The translations under genes and the position numbers were made by a program. From the IMG/VR virus record IMGVR_UViG_3300048838_001273, positions 1 through 64,000 of that record: a stretch of DNA of 64,000 nt. One strand, written 5' to 3'. This stretch comes from a virus. Shown here one piece after another: positions 1 through 10,118 of the stretch. Under the pieces are notes generated by a model. The model was given only the letters and a program-made list of their open reading frames with translations. It searched no databases and was not told the DNA's origin. The number at the start of each line of letters is the position of its first letter. Within the stretch, counting starts at the first letter, position 1.

Positions 1-17
1 AAGTTCCTATTGCCATT

Positions 18-665
18 TTATGTGTTGTTTGCTATTTTAAAATAATTACCACCCGCATATGATTGTAATTCTGCTAAATTTTTCACGTATTCTAATCTAT
101 AATTTTTTTCAAATGCAGATAATTCTTGTCTTATTATAAATACATCATCATCAATTTTGGGATTACTTATAATATTTTCTTTTTTAGGGTCTTTGTAATA
201 TGCCCCATTGATAAAATTAAGACTATTCGTGCCAGATGTAATAAAAACAAATGTTGTTGTTGTTCCTGTAACATCTGTATTATCAACATACTTAATGCCT
301 CCGATGTAATATGTGACACTGACACCGGAAACCGAATTTAAAAAATCAACACCATCAACACTATACGACCCATCACCAATATATTGTTGATTAAATGGGA
401 CATTCACTGCGTACTTTTTTAGTTCACTTAGTCTACTACTTGATGTTCCTCTGACAATATTTATTGAACCTACACCACTTTGTGTTTCAGCATCAGGCGA
501 TGCGTCAAAGAATCCCATATCTTTATGAATTCCAGTTAAATTTATTTTGAAATTATAGGTTACACCAGTATCAGGAATAATTACAATGCAACTACCAGCA
601 GTGCCCGTACATGCAGTCACTCCGGTAGTCATTATCATATGCACCTTTTTTTTTATTATTTCCAT
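18..665 (-). CDS. Putative virion/baseplate-associated protein
   Basis: 215-aa ORF translationally coupled to the baseplate wedge gene; Thr/Gly-rich like the other structural genes. Confidence 0.55.
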   Translation of the reverse strand: MEIIKKKVHMIMTTGVTACTGTAGSCIVIIPDTGVTYNFKINLTGIHKDMGFFDASPDAETQSGVGSINIVRGTSSSRLSELKKYAVNVPFNQQYIGDGSYSVDGVDFLNSVSGVSVTYYIGGIKYVDNTDVTGTTTTFVFITSGTNSLNFINGAYYKDPKKENIISNPKIDDDVFIIRQELSAFEKNYRLEYVKNLAELQSYAGGNYFKIANNT

Positions 666-2503
666 TAACTAACCTTTTTTCTCAACAAAACTCTAATATC
701 TTTTTCTGGATATTTGATTTCAAACATTGAATCCTGTGTTGAATAAATGGTATTATTAATGGTTTGAATTTCACCCGTGGTAGTATTTGCAAATGCCTGT
801 GAAATAACATTATTTGAATACTGTCCACCCACCTTATTAAATACCTTGATACTTATGACATTAATCACACCATTCGCTTCAAGAATCTGTCTCTGAAGTC
901 TACCAAGAAATACATCCTGATTCATTTGGTAATCATTTATGTCAAAAAAATCTCTCACAAGTGTGATAATATTGTTTGCAATCGTATTATCACTTATATT
1001 TTCAACATATACCTCGACCTCGAAAGCCAAATTAAATATCTTACCATCTTTAATTTCAACATAGTCATTAATCATTCTAAATTGGCTAATATATTCTGCG
1101 ATGTTTTCTTTTAGTAATGTATTGCTGGTATTATTTAATTTTCCGTTATCACTAAGACCCAATATAGAAATTACTACTTTATTATTTTCCTTAAATGCGT
1201 TTGCACGAAATGGCGAACCAAATCTACCGGGCATTTTATATATCTGTAACAAATAATCGGTCAATGTAACATCTCGCATTTGACTTGAGAAGTTATATTT
1301 AATTAACTGTCTGATTTGCTCAACACTTAAACCATCATTACCACCAATTGCAGGAATTGGATTTGTCACCTTCAAACTTCTTTGAACAGCTAAATTAAAA
1401 TCTTGTCTCGAACCATCAACTTTTAAACTATAATTTCCAAGCTGAGTTAAAACTCTTGCACCAACGTTAGAATTACTGCCACCTCCGGTTCTATATCTTA
1501 CAAACAACGTATAATTTGCTTTAAGTCTTTCACCCAATGCAGTATTATTCAAAAAATTATCAAGAAAACCTTTATTTGTTACCCCTTCTTTTAACAAACC
1601 ATCACGAAATGCATTAACATCACTATCACCAGAGCCAAAAGTTAATTTACAATAACCATTTGGTGTATATTCTTTAACAAATTTTTTTGTTATGTCCAGC
1701 CAACGTGCTGCCTTTATTCCGGTTTCATTTACTGAGGAACTATCTGTGTCTTCAACAAAAATTCTCTGTTGTGCAAGATAATCGACCTCATAAAATCGAT
1801 TCTCTTCTTTAAAGAAATCACTTAACGGTGGGTTAGATACATTTGTTCCTTCAACCAAAATAACATTTTGAATTTCAATTACGTCTGAGTCTGGAAGCGT
1901 TATTGTGAAAAAGGGTATTACGTCAGATGAATTAATTACTCTTTTGAATATATTTGTAGAACCATTAACAACCACTTCTCTTTTTGTTACGCTATAATTT
2001 TGTATAATACCATTCGAATCTAAATTAGGAATGATTGAACGATTAGGGTCACCCAAATTACTTACGGGTGAATTCCAGTCAATAATATCTTGTGTTTCAA
2101 AAACTTTTCCAGCACCAACAATTTGCGCACCAACACCGAGAACCGGATAATATGTGGTGTCAGGTCTATCACCAAGAACAGGAATATTAACAGTAAGGTC
2201 AACAACTGTTACAGAAGGTCTTTTTGCAGGGATATTAAATCCCATGTTTTTCGCTATGTTTAGAATAGATGCTCGTTGTTGTGCATACTCTATTTGTGTT
2301 TCCTGAAATGCTCTATCAGTATTGATTGCCAAGTTGTTTGCAACACCAGCATTTAAATCAATAAGCATTGCACCAACACTTGAATCTGTGAAGTCTGATA
2401 ATACTTCTGGATAGGCTTGTCTTATTAAAGCAATTAAATCTGTTCGGATTTCACCGAAAGTTCTGCTTCCATATTGTATTACATTTGTAGTTTCTGTTGC
2501 CAT
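665..2503 (-). CDS. Baseplate wedge protein (T4 gp6 / baseplate J-like)
   Basis: 612 aa; N-terminal 'RTFGEIRTDLI...SDFTDSSVGAMLIDL', 'LTFGSG', 'YRTGGGSNSNV', 'IGGNDGLSVEQIR', 'VTLTDY' motifs typical of gp6-like wedge proteins; adjacent to a gp25-like gene. Confidence 0.85.
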   Translation of the reverse strand: MATETTNVIQYGSRTFGEIRTDLIALIRQAYPEVLSDFTDSSVGAMLIDLNAGVANNLAINTDRAFQETQIEYAQQRASILNIAKNMGFNIPAKRPSVTVVDLTVNIPVLGDRPDTTYYPVLGVGAQIVGAGKVFETQDIIDWNSPVSNLGDPNRSIIPNLDSNGIIQNYSVTKREVVVNGSTNIFKRVINSSDVIPFFTITLPDSDVIEIQNVILVEGTNVSNPPLSDFFKEENRFYEVDYLAQQRIFVEDTDSSSVNETGIKAARWLDITKKFVKEYTPNGYCKLTFGSGDSDVNAFRDGLLKEGVTNKGFLDNFLNNTALGERLKANYTLFVRYRTGGGSNSNVGARVLTQLGNYSLKVDGSRQDFNLAVQRSLKVTNPIPAIGGNDGLSVEQIRQLIKYNFSSQMRDVTLTDYLLQIYKMPGRFGSPFRANAFKENNKVVISILGLSDNGKLNNTSNTLLKENIAEYISQFRMINDYVEIKDGKIFNLAFEVEVYVENISDNTIANNIITLVRDFFDINDYQMNQDVFLGRLQRQILEANGVINVISIKVFNKVGGQYSNNVISQAFANTTTGEIQTINNTIYSTQDSMFEIKYPEKDIRVLLRKKVS

Positions 2504-2513
2504 GTTTTATATC

Positions 2514-2906
2514 TTAAAATTTTAAATCTAATTCACCGCTTTCACTAAAAGCATCTTCACTGTATACGAAGGCAATATTTACACTTAGTTGAGCATCACT
2601 ATCACTATTGCCGTCTTCAATTTTATTAAAATTCACGCTTTTAATTGTTAATGCTGGAATATATAATGAAACAATTTTCTTTATTTCTTGCTCAATGTCG
2701 CTTGCTGTTGAATTATCGTTAGGTTCAAAAATAAACTTTAATAAATTTGTTCCATATTCCGGTTCATAATATCTCTCTCCTTTTTGGGTTAAAAGCAATA
2801 ACAATAGGTCTGAACTAAACGCATCCTTTGTTATTCTGCTCATTTCAAAGAATGTGTTTGTTGTCACATCATCATTAAGCGGAAATTTAATATTATATGA
2901 TACCAT
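2514..2906 (-). CDS. Baseplate gp25/GPW-like protein
   Basis: 'LLLTQKGERYYEPEYGTNL..FIFEP' matches the gp25 family signature. Confidence 0.85.
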   Translation of the reverse strand: MVSYNIKFPLNDDVTTNTFFEMSRITKDAFSSDLLLLLLTQKGERYYEPEYGTNLLKFIFEPNDNSTASDIEQEIKKIVSLYIPALTIKSVNFNKIEDGNSDSDAQLSVNIAFVYSEDAFSESGELDLKF

Positions 2907-2921
2907 TATAATAGATTTTTC

Positions 2922-2930
2922 TATAAATAC
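2922..2930 (-). promoter_or_regulatory. Phage-specific (probably late) promoter motif GTATTTATA
   Basis: One of ~16 intergenic copies, each just upstream of a minus-strand start (see finding). Confidence 0.6.
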
Positions 2931-2938
2931 TTATAAAC

Positions 2939-2969
2939 AAAAAAATCCCGACAGTATATTGCCGGGATT
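2939..2969 (-). terminator. Intrinsic terminator
   Basis: AATCCCG...CGGGATT stem followed by a U-run on the minus strand. Confidence 0.65.
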
Positions 2970-2989
2970 CATATTTTAAATCAGAAGTT

Positions 2990-3457
2990 TTAATTAAAAA
3001 CAGCTTTTTTTCTACCACGCTTACCTTTATTGGCTGCTTTTTCCTCGTCTTCTTTCTGTTTTCTTGCGTCAAAAAGACTCTTTATTGACTCATGTAACAC
3101 AATAACAGAATTGTCACCATACTTCTGCAGCACGCCTGTATATGTGTTGAAATCCGGTTTAACCAGAGATACTGCATCACTTTCGCTAACGCTCACACCT
3201 GCCAGACATTCAACAATTGCCATCTCTTGTAACTCCACAGGAAGTTGTTCAAGAACTTCTTCATTGAAAACCACAGCAAAGTTTACACCATCTGTAAGAA
3301 TTTCTACAATATCGTTTGTCTTTACGATTTTATAGAGTTCTTTTTGTTTGTTATTACACAGTACTTCGAACTGAATCCACTGTGGAATGGATGTTTTTTC
3401 TCTTACTCCATCAAAGAGACTAACTACGTCCTCAGACGCTTTTTCAATTTTTGCCAT
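2990..3457 (-). CDS. Phage metallopeptidase-like protein, probably inactive
   Basis: Layout '...EQLP...QEMAIVECLAGV...LVKPDF...VLQKYG' resembles putative phage metallopeptidases but HExxH is missing. Confidence 0.45.
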   Translation of the reverse strand: MAKIEKASEDVVSLFDGVREKTSIPQWIQFEVLCNNKQKELYKIVKTNDIVEILTDGVNFAVVFNEEVLEQLPVELQEMAIVECLAGVSVSESDAVSLVKPDFNTYTGVLQKYGDNSVIVLHESIKSLFDARKQKEDEEKAANKGKRGRKKAVFN

Positions 3458-3470
3458 AAATTAATTGTTT

Positions 3471-3947
3471 TTAATTGTTAATAATAGAACCATATTTAGA
3501 TGTTATTTCATCTATTTTTTGTGATAATTCTGCATACATTGGGTCTTCGCTCTCAAATTCTTTTTCGAATTTGACTTCCAGTTCATCCATGAATGATGAC
3601 ATGTCTTCGATACTTGCCTTAACCATTTCCTCAATTTCAATTAATGTTTTTAATTGAGTATCAATCATATTGATTAAGTCTGCGATTCGCTTATTTTCTT
3701 GCTCAACCTTCTTAATCTCATTCATTTTCTTTTCATATTCCGAGTTAAGTTCAAGTGCTTCTTCTTCTGTTACGGTTTTTACTCCCGCTTCTTTAAGTCT
3801 TTTTTCAAGATTAGCTTCAGCACCACCAGTTGGTGCTATAATGTCTGCGAGTTTATCGATTTCATTTATTTTTTTTGCTGCATCCGAATTAAATTCACCA
3901 GTATCTACAGCATTCTTTAAGTTTTTTAAAAATTCTGAACCTGCCAT
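3471..3947 (-). CDS. Hypothetical coiled-coil protein
   Basis: 158-aa E/K-rich helical ORF in operon context. Confidence 0.7.
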   Translation of the reverse strand: MAGSEFLKNLKNAVDTGEFNSDAAKKINEIDKLADIIAPTGGAEANLEKRLKEAGVKTVTEEEALELNSEYEKKMNEIKKVEQENKRIADLINMIDTQLKTLIEIEEMVKASIEDMSSFMDELEVKFEKEFESEDPMYAELSQKIDEITSKYGSIINN

Positions 3948-3958
3948 TATTGTTGTTT

Positions 3959-4873
3959 TTAAATTGTACCCATGATTTCCATTTCAATTCCTTGAAATTT
4001 CCAGACCTCATGTGTGTTATTATGATTTATTCTTTTAACGAATTTAGTTATACCAAAACCTATCATTTCCCCGTATTCATTTCTAAGAAAGATTTCTTTT
4101 AAATCAATCAATTCACTGAATATCTTTGAGTTCTCTTCAATCTCATTGGTTTTGAATTTCAAAGGTACAAAAAATTCCAATTGTCTGTGTTCAAAACCAA
4201 TTTTTTTTACGTGTAAAAATTCGGTTAATTGTTCAATCTTATTTAAAGTCTCTGTATTGCTGTGAGTTGCTTGTATTGGAAATTCGAATTGTTTTGATTT
4301 ATTTTCTATGTCCTTGACCTCATACTCGTACCCCAAATCTTCCTTTTGACTTTTTTCAACAACATTAAACACTTTAGCCAGACCAACTTCAACGGGTTTG
4401 TTATTGAAAATCTGCAGTAATTCTAAATCATCGTCAGTAGTTCGTCTTTCCTTGTATTCCATTTCCAGAACCTCGCCAATTGTTTTTCCGGCATGTTTAT
4501 GTTTACCATCAAAAAAACCATAATGCTCATACCTTCTACCATATTGGTCTTTATGACCATAATTCATATGATACTTGTCGGCAGCAACAGCCATTTTATG
4601 CGGTGTTGCTGTTCTGATGAACTTATCAGCTTTCTTTAATAGTTCATAGTAATCCTTCACATACTTTTCATCCCTCTGACCAGCATAAAACCTTTCAAGC
4701 AATGGATTGTGATGCAATTTTCTTGTAGTCTTTTTCTTGCTTTCATCCAAATCATCAGGATTTGCTTTAAGTATTTCGGTTTCGGTATTATATAATGCAA
4801 TGCTGATATTTATCAAAATGCTATGAATTTTGATATATATCCAAAGGATGATTTTCTGGAAAATTTTCTTCAC
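3959..4873 (-). CDS. Hypothetical protein
   Basis: 304-aa ORF, hydrophobic N-terminus, coupled to neighbour. Confidence 0.7.
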   Translation of the reverse strand: MKKIFQKIILWIYIKIHSILINISIALYNTETEILKANPDDLDESKKKTTRKLHHNPLLERFYAGQRDEKYVKDYYELLKKADKFIRTATPHKMAVAADKYHMNYGHKDQYGRRYEHYGFFDGKHKHAGKTIGEVLEMEYKERRTTDDDLELLQIFNNKPVEVGLAKVFNVVEKSQKEDLGYEYEVKDIENKSKQFEFPIQATHSNTETLNKIEQLTEFLHVKKIGFEHRQLEFFVPLKFKTNEIEENSKIFSELIDLKEIFLRNEYGEMIGFGITKFVKRINHNNTHEVWKFQGIEMEIMGTI

Positions 4874-5424
4874 TATACTTGGTTTTGTGCTAATATTTTA
4901 TCAACCCTTGATGATTGTATTTTTCTCATTCTTTTTTGAGCAATCCCCTTTTTCTCTTCAACAATACCAAGAGCAATTGCTCTATCTGCTCTTTCATCAA
5001 GAGTTGTATTTGCCATGTAATCATTGACTTGAGATTCTACCGTGGAAATTTTACCACGCCATTTTTTAAACAATTGAATACTATCATACAGATTTCTATC
5101 AAAAAGATATAGATATGCAGTAGCAATACCATGTTTAATTCTATCCCAAATTTTGTCACCGAATGGTTGAATAATCTCAACTTCGGGTTTATTTCTTTCA
5201 TACTTAATTGCCTTGTAGAAATATTCTTTATATTTTTTTGAGGAAAGCATTGTTATAATTCTTTTACGTTCAGCATTTGCTCTATCAGTCCCATAAGAAA
5301 ATTTATTACTTTCTTTTGCTTCTTTAGTAAATAAACCAAGCAATGTTGAATCTACTGTTGCTAAGTATCTCTTAACAAAAGTATTAAAGAACCATTTTTT
5401 TAGTTTTAATTTAAGTTTTTTCAT
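4873..5424 (-). CDS. Hypothetical protein
   Basis: 183-aa basic ORF in operon context. Confidence 0.65.
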   Translation of the reverse strand: MKKLKLKLKKWFFNTFVKRYLATVDSTLLGLFTKEAKESNKFSYGTDRANAERKRIITMLSSKKYKEYFYKAIKYERNKPEVEIIQPFGDKIWDRIKHGIATAYLYLFDRNLYDSIQLFKKWRGKISTVESQVNDYMANTTLDERADRAIALGIVEEKKGIAQKRMRKIQSSRVDKILAQNQV

Positions 5425-5434
5425 GTGTATATTC

Positions 5435-6817
5435 TTATGCTAACTGTAATGTTTTGGCAACTGCTGCCCTATAAAACTCCACACGCTTTTTCGTAACATT
5501 TGCAAGGTGATATTCTTCTTTAAAATCTTCATATAGTTGTTCACCAAGTTTTTTACGTAAGTCTGCATCGAGAATGAGTCTTTTTAGGTACTTCTTCCAG
5601 TACTTATGTGCATTTTTTTCCGCAGGAATTAATACACAATTTTCCATATGTCTACCATGTACGTTATATGGTGGAATATCTGAACAAACAATTGGAAGTT
5701 TACGTGTCCAGCATTCAACTTGTTTAAGATTAGACTTCATTCTATTGAATTCATTATCTGCGAGTGGTGCAATTACAATATCTGTTTCATCCAACACTTT
5801 CGCATAAGCATTTGCTTTCTGAGTCCAACGTCTTCCAAAATTACCCTCATTATCGTAGCTAACATTTCTTTCAAAATTCATTAACCACTGTAAATAATCC
5901 GGGTTGTCAATCATTTTATGATTATCAGTAAGAATTTTTTCATAGTGCAAATACACACTTTCTTCTGATTTAATGTCTCTTTGTTTTGAACTAAAAATCA
6001 TACCCCTATATTTATTTTTCAGTTCTTCCGGTAAATTAGGAATTTCATCTACATTTCCTCTTGACCTGTTGATTGCTTTAACAATATCGTGTGTCCACAA
6101 TCCCCTCTTTTGAAGTTCAGTACCAAATTCCTGATTAAAAGTAACGTCTGTTGTACTTCCCTCAGTGTCCCATCCAGCAATAATGACTTTAAATTTATCC
6201 TTTAATTGCCAATCACCATATAAGACATTCATTACGCCATCAAGCTGTTCCATGTCACCCATGTGAGAAGAACCTGCCATGTATGTAATTCTTACCTTAC
6301 CATCAGGGTCTGGTTTCCAATTATCTTGAAATTGCTTCATCCATGTGGGGTCGATTGAATTATAGAATACACCAACATTATCTTTACCTGTCACTTTACG
6401 AATTTGTTCAGCAAAAACATCGGTTGTGGTTGTAACATAATCAGCAATTTTCAGGTTCTCCGTTATAGGAATATGCATTTTTTTCTCAAGATTCATTGCA
6501 TAAAAAGGATGTTTCTTATGTAGATACCAATAGTCATCAATATCGACTATTAATATTGTTCCAGACTTCCTAAGTTCAGTCGCAAGTGCAAGCATTTGTT
6601 TTGTATCACCCAAAAATTGACGGTGATAATGAATTATGTGGAATGTTTTTAAATAATCAATTAGTTTCGGGTCATTGAAATCCAACTGTGGATTTATCTC
6701 AACATAAAATTCGTCTGAATGATTTCTTTCAATTTCAGTGGCTGGTGTAAGTGTTCTAAAATAATTAACCCCCGCACCATCAACGTTATAGAATAAAATT
6801 CTTATTTTTCCGTCCAT
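5435..6817 (-). CDS. GT-B fold glycosyltransferase (GT4-like)
   Basis: 'VDIDDYW', 'ADYVTTTT', 'DIVIAPLADNEFNRMKSNLKQVE', 'PIVCSDIPPY' donor-binding motifs. Confidence 0.8.
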   Translation of the reverse strand: MDGKIRILFYNVDGAGVNYFRTLTPATEIERNHSDEFYVEINPQLDFNDPKLIDYLKTFHIIHYHRQFLGDTKQMLALATELRKSGTILIVDIDDYWYLHKKHPFYAMNLEKKMHIPITENLKIADYVTTTTDVFAEQIRKVTGKDNVGVFYNSIDPTWMKQFQDNWKPDPDGKVRITYMAGSSHMGDMEQLDGVMNVLYGDWQLKDKFKVIIAGWDTEGSTTDVTFNQEFGTELQKRGLWTHDIVKAINRSRGNVDEIPNLPEELKNKYRGMIFSSKQRDIKSEESVYLHYEKILTDNHKMIDNPDYLQWLMNFERNVSYDNEGNFGRRWTQKANAYAKVLDETDIVIAPLADNEFNRMKSNLKQVECWTRKLPIVCSDIPPYNVHGRHMENCVLIPAEKNAHKYWKKYLKRLILDADLRKKLGEQLYEDFKEEYHLANVTKKRVEFYRAAVAKTLQLA

Positions 6818-6907
6818 ATTTTGTCTTTATAAAATATTATAATTTAATGTAATTTATTATAAATACGAAGATAAGTGGAAAATCTTGAAAATGACAGAGT
6901 TTTTTAT

Positions 6908-6936
6908 AAAAAAAGCCAACAAAATTTGTTGGCTTT
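6908..6936 (-). terminator. Intrinsic terminator
   Basis: AAAGCCAACAAA/TTTGTTGGCTTT inverted repeat with U-run. Confidence 0.7.
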
Positions 6937-6956
6937 GATATCAATGTTATTAGTGG

Positions 6957-7364
6957 TTAGTCTTGTTTACCATCATTAGTTTCTTCCTCACTATCCTTTT
7001 TGGTATATTTTTTCTTGCCAGATGATAACTCTTTGACCTCAGATGATTTTTCTTCTTTATGTGCTACCTTCTTTTTTTCTTCTTTTTTGGGTGCAGCTTT
7101 CTTTTCGGTTTTTGGTTTTGAATTTTCTAACGCATTTGCTAATTCAACAGCACTTACTTCGACAACTGTTATTAAACCCTTAACTCTTAGTCTGTGTACT
7201 GAAAGTGGTAACGAACTTGTTGTTAAAAACATGCTATCGCCCGGTTTAACTTTAACAATTTTTTTTGTCATATCGTCCACATATTCAATATCAAGTATTG
7301 AATTATGTTTGAAATCACGTTTACCTGCCGTATTCGTTATATTTGTAATTCTGTATGTACTCAT
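6957..7364 (-). CDS. Hypothetical protein with Lys/Glu-rich tail
   Basis: 135-aa ORF. Confidence 0.7.
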   Translation of the reverse strand: MSTYRITNITNTAGKRDFKHNSILDIEYVDDMTKKIVKVKPGDSMFLTTSSLPLSVHRLRVKGLITVVEVSAVELANALENSKPKTEKKAAPKKEEKKKVAHKEEKSSEVKELSSGKKKYTKKDSEEETNDGKQD

Positions 7365-7372
7365 AGCTTTAA

Positions 7373-8206
7373 TTATTTTAGTCCTTGTATTAATGTATCA
7401 CCATATTTAATTCCATCATATCCCATTTTCATTGCTTTCTCAGCAATTGCCTTATTTTTTAAGTTAGATGATGTGGTGTTATGTTTTTTACTTAATTCTT
7501 CAAAATTGACATTTGGAAACCAAATTTTTGCCATAATATCTGCAGGTTCTTGGCTGTCTTTATATGTTACACCCAATGCATTTGTATCTAAAAGATTGTC
7601 GAATTCAATCTGATATTTACTAAATCCGGCAAGCGGTTTTAACGTAAAGAAATTACCAACCACAGAATTTTCTTTTATCGGGTCTTTTCTGTATGCAATA
7701 ATTGTTTGTTGATTACTGTTTGAGTTTTCGGTTTGAATGCTGGCATTATCTTCTTCCAATGTAGATAAGAATTCACTTCTGTCAGTGTAGTTATTATCAA
7801 TATCGTTTTCGTCATTAATGATATCATTATTTACAACTTCCTCCATGCCACTTGCTTGCTCATAATCATAAATATCCTGAATTTTATTTAAAATTCTACA
7901 AGCATCTTTCTCATTTGCCTTGATTTTGACTGCTTTAATTCGAACATTATCGAGCAAAGCACGAACCATTCTATGATGACCATCCAAAACTTTTAAATCA
8001 TCGCTAATCCAAATGGGTTTCATATCATCGAGAGAGATATTTCCAACATCATCACTAAATGTAATGCCCTGTAATGGTTGTAATTCGTTAGCATCGACTT
8101 CAACCATTTCATAATCCACACCCTCATCACCAAGTTTTTGTAATACAACACTAAATGGTGCACTAACTTGTGGAAGAAAACGTGGTTTATATCTCATGTC
8201 AATCAT
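7373..8206 (-). CDS. ParB/Srx-like domain protein
   Basis: 'LQPLQ...KPIWISDDLKVLDGHHRMVRAL' ParB-N motif. Confidence 0.7.
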   Translation of the reverse strand: MIDMRYKPRFLPQVSAPFSVVLQKLGDEGVDYEMVEVDANELQPLQGITFSDDVGNISLDDMKPIWISDDLKVLDGHHRMVRALLDNVRIKAVKIKANEKDACRILNKIQDIYDYEQASGMEEVVNNDIINDENDIDNNYTDRSEFLSTLEEDNASIQTENSNSNQQTIIAYRKDPIKENSVVGNFFTLKPLAGFSKYQIEFDNLLDTNALGVTYKDSQEPADIMAKIWFPNVNFEELSKKHNTTSSNLKNKAIAEKAMKMGYDGIKYGDTLIQGLK

Positions 8207-8230
8207 TATAATTATTTTTCTATAAATACA

Positions 8231-8800
8231 TTAAATTATAATTTTTTTTATTTCTTCCTGAATTATACACAATAAATTACGAGCACGACTTGATTCTGTC
8301 AATGCTAATGTTCCATTATTGGCAACATAAATATTGAATTCAATACCCTCCGGTATTTGACTTCTAATTGCTTCATATGCCTCAAGGTCTGTATCACGGT
8401 CTTCAAATACATCAATTATTTTTAAATCTGGAAATTGTTGAAGATACCTGAGAACCTTAACACCCTTATTGCCTTCAGCACGTTTCATATCAAGTTTATC
8501 TACCTTAATGTTATTTATATCAAGTACTGCCTGAACTTGTGGACGTAATTTTTCCATACGTGATGTCAATATTATCACATAAGAATTTGGTAATACAATT
8601 TCCTTTTTTAATTGCATTAACACACTTGGAAACGGTTTGATATCAAACACATTTAAATCCAAACTTTCAGGTCTTCCCCACCAACCTTGATACGGATATG
8701 GAGTGCCAGTCTTTTCAGACCACTGCGGTTTTCCGGTTTCTGGTTCAGGAGAATCCATTAATGTTCCATCAAAATCAAATACTGCCAATTTTGTAATCAT
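8231..8800 (-). CDS. HAD-family phosphatase (RNA-repair 'Swiss army knife' HAD-like)
   Basis: Motif I 'VFDFDGTL', 'GWW', motif II 'ILTSR', motif IV 'FEDR'. Confidence 0.8.
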   Translation of the reverse strand: MITKLAVFDFDGTLMDSPEPETGKPQWSEKTGTPYPYQGWWGRPESLDLNVFDIKPFPSVLMQLKKEIVLPNSYVIILTSRMEKLRPQVQAVLDINNIKVDKLDMKRAEGNKGVKVLRYLQQFPDLKIIDVFEDRDTDLEAYEAIRSQIPEGIEFNIYVANNGTLALTESSRARNLLCIIQEEIKKIII

Positions 8801-8807
8801 AACAACT

Positions 8808-9191
8808 TTATTTATATTCTACTTCAACTACTTTTCCAGATATTAATAATGGTCTCTTTAATTTTTGCCAATCAGTTAATTTGTTTGACATCATTGGCTT
8901 ACCACCATTTGCCCGATTTACTGCCAAGGTGATGTGTGGTTTAACATTTTTACTTTCAAATCCACTGACTCCAACAGCGATTACCTTATCGTCCATTGCA
9001 ATATCATCAACACTTAAACGCACTGGCATACCCAGAAATTTTTGAAATTCGGGGTCTAATTCACCCAAATTAATAGTCATGTGGTGTGCAATAATTTCAA
9101 ATTCAGATGGTATTATTGTTTTAAATCGATTTATTAGTCTCGTTCTGGATTGCTCATCCAGCACAACAGCACTATATGATACATTACTCAT
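8808..9191 (-). CDS. 2H phosphoesterase (2',3'-cyclic phosphodiesterase-like)
   Basis: Two HxT motifs 'HHMTINLG' and 'PHITLAV'; ATG at 9191 preferred over the longer ORF-track start. Confidence 0.75.
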   Translation of the reverse strand: MSNVSYSAVVLDEQSRTRLINRFKTIIPSEFEIIAHHMTINLGELDPEFQKFLGMPVRLSVDDIAMDDKVIAVGVSGFESKNVKPHITLAVNRANGGKPMMSNKLTDWQKLKRPLLISGKVVEVEYK

Positions 9192-9195
9192 TTGT

Positions 9196-9408
9196 TTATT
9201 TTTTATTCCATTTCCAAATATAACCACCTGCAGTCTTTCTCAAACCATTACACACTTCAGATATATGTAGAATGCCAGTTTTATTAGTTGCTTCGGTATA
9301 TGAAGAAAATTTATTTATTATTTCATTATTTTTATTCAGCATTATAACGGGTTTTGATAGCAATACACCAATTATTGGTTTTTTTTGACCTTTTAATGAT
9401 TTCGACAT
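9196..9408 (-). CDS. NUMOD1-like DNA-binding fragment (C-terminal part of split homing endonuclease)
   Basis: 'KFSSYTEA..KTG...ISEVCNGLRKTAGGYIWKW' NUMOD1/IENR1 pattern. Confidence 0.7.
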   Translation of the reverse strand: MSKSLKGQKKPIIGVLLSKPVIMLNKNNEIINKFSSYTEATNKTGILHISEVCNGLRKTAGGYIWKWNKK

Positions 9409-9779
9409 TACATCGGATTTCCACCTCCACGTCTCTTTATTTTTGATTCTTCACTCCATTTAGTGCCAAGTCTTGACTTTCCGACAGAGCAGATATTATA
9501 TCCAAAATCACGACAATTTGAATCGTATAATAATATGTATTTTCGCTCTAATTCCAATAATTTATTAATTTCAATATCATCATAAGATTCAATAATATTA
9601 AATGAAAAACCACTTTCTCCATACTTATTCCAAGCATTTTGTAATATTGGATTTTCATGTGTGTTTTTTTGCAATTGTTTCTTATGTGTTTTAAATCTAA
9701 TATCGAATGATTTTAAAGTACTACCAACATAAATTTTATTATTTATGTTATTTTTTATTATATATATTCCCACACACAT
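9408..9779 (-). CDS. GIY-YIG homing endonuclease (N-terminal part; possibly pseudogenised)
   Basis: 'GIYIIKN..NNKIYVGS', 'RFKTH', 'LQNAWNKYG', 'GYNI'; stops at 'GNPM' inside a NUMOD3-like motif. Confidence 0.8.
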   Translation of the reverse strand: MCVGIYIIKNNINNKIYVGSTLKSFDIRFKTHKKQLQKNTHENPILQNAWNKYGESGFSFNIIESYDDIEINKLLELERKYILLYDSNCRDFGYNICSVGKSRLGTKWSEESKIKRRGGGNPM

Positions 9780-9798
9780 CGCTAATTAATTCATAATA

Positions 9799-10104
9799 TT
9801 ACTCATCTTCGTTTTTCCATATTAAAATACCTGACCCATTATCAACAGTTTTTTTTATCAAATCACCATCTTTATGATATTCTATACCACAAAATCTATG
9901 TGATTCGGCAATGTATTCAAAACTAATTTCATCATATCTGTCACTTAAATCAATTACATCCAAAATGTGTTTATGATTTAAATTTCTTAATGCAAAAGAT
10001 AGTAATTCATTTTCGGTATTAACTCTTTCCAAACCGGAATATTTTCCACCATCATGCCTCGGACAATTTGGAAAATATTCAATTGAAAATACAAAGCCAT
10101 TCAT
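9799..10104 (-). CDS. Hypothetical protein
   Basis: 101-aa ORF in operon context. Confidence 0.55.
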   Translation of the reverse strand: MNGFVFSIEYFPNCPRHDGGKYSGLERVNTENELLSFALRNLNHKHILDVIDLSDRYDEISFEYIAESHRFCGIEYHKDGDLIKKTVDNGSGILIWKNEDE

Positions 10105-10118
10105 TTTGCCTCCCGATT

